Positions 39,327 to 40,043 of a stretch of 40,043 bases of DNA are shown here, one piece after another. Positions within the stretch are counted from its first letter, which is position 1; each line of letters starts with the position of its first letter. Both the position numbers and the translations under genes were made by a program. This DNA comes from an uncultured Deinococcales bacterium (GTDB taxonomy: Bacteria; Deinococcota; Deinococci; Deinococcales; JAAFIG01), in NCBI GenBank assembly GCA_964244895.1, contig CAXTKV010000016.1, forward strand, positions 1-40,043, given 5' to 3'. The notes beneath the pieces were generated by a model. It had not been told where the DNA came from. It ran no database searches and saw only the letters and a list, made by a program, of their open reading frames with translations.

Positions 39327-39932
39327 ATGAAACGAATCGCCGCGTTCGTCGTGTTCGCCCTTCTGATCGCCTGCAACCAGACGCCCGCACCGCAAACCAT
39401 CACCCTCGCCGACGTTCCCAACCTGACCAGAGAACAGATTCGCAGCCTGACCGAACCGCAACTCGACGCCATCGGCCAGGAAGCCAATGCCGATCTCGAG
39501 CGCCTCGCGCGAACCCTCGCGCCGCAGACGGTGATCGCCTGGCCGAGCTACGCAGCGACCCTGTACGTGGCGACCGGCATCACCTACGAAAATTACTTGA
39601 CCAACTACTACCGCCAGACCAGCGGCCCGAACTGGTCAGACGACGGCTGCTCCGGCCCGACGCCACCCGTGATCTTCGATGACAACGCCTGCCGCCAACA
39701 CGACTTCGGCTACCGCAACGTGTCGCTGTACGCGCAGGGTCGCAACGAGGACGTTCGCAAAAGCATCGACTCGAGGTTCCTCTCCAACATGTACTTGCGC
39801 TGCGATCGCCGCTGGAGCGCCTGGTATCAGGCTCCGTTGCGCGTGGCGTGCAAGGGTGACGCCCTGATTTTTTACGGTGCGGTTCGAAATTTTGGTCAAG
39901 ATTCTTACTACGGCAACCTCGTACTTTACTGA
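39327..39932 (+). CDS. Lipoprotein with prokaryotic phospholipase A2 domain
   Basis: MKRIAAFVVFALLIAC lipobox; WS.DGCS, AC..HDFGYRN, ID..F..NM...C and C...A..FY.AVR.FG motifs; ATG 39327 with AAGGAG RBS. Confidence 0.85.
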   Translation: MKRIAAFVVFALLIACNQTPAPQTITLADVPNLTREQIRSLTEPQLDAIGQEANADLERLARTLAPQTVIAWPSYAATLYVATGITYENYLTNYYRQTSGPNWSDDGCSGPTPPVIFDDNACRQHDFGYRNVSLYAQGRNEDVRKSIDSRFLSNMYLRCDRRWSAWYQAPLRVACKGDALIFYGAVRNFGQDSYYGNLVLY

Positions 39933-40043
39933 ACACGAACATCGTTCGTGCGCCATCAGACAGCACCTTCTCGACCATAAAACGCACCTGACGAGTATGG
40001 TCGCTTCTTGATCCTGAACATGCACCTCACGGGCAGGATCGCT

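Overview
GC-rich bacterial window, very probably from the Deinococcota. Support: a Thermus-order V/A-ATPase operon G-I-K-E-C-F-A-B-D, the DUF3248/DUF3809 pair, many leaderless TAnnnT promoters, and strong CTCGAG enrichment. The left ~16 kb, downstream of a tRNA-Gln, looks accessory. It holds the start of a contractile injection system operon (tail sheath + tail tube), IS630 and IS3 remnants, and a PIG-L/DAG-kinase/PAP2 lipid operon. It also holds a PEP-pyruvate-oxaloacetate gene cluster: pyruvate kinase, Usp, a Cys-rich SARP/BTAD regulator, an AspT/YidE transporter, GTP-PEPCK, and an LDH homologue that lacks its catalytic His and Asp. Three 11-bp-spaced GTAAY direct-repeat boxes sit at the same position relative to a -10-like hexamer upstream of that cluster's transcription units, suggesting a small undescribed regulon. 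The right part is mostly housekeeping: argB, an rRNA methyltransferase, V/A-ATPase, chromate transporters, thrC, regulators, DUF4153 and a PLA2 lipoprotein. Intergenic DNA carries a dense REP/REPIN-like palindrome family, a second ~85-bp structured repeat, heptamer hairpin repeats and a triple DnaA-box cluster. All calls are by eye from sequence motifs; no database searches were run.
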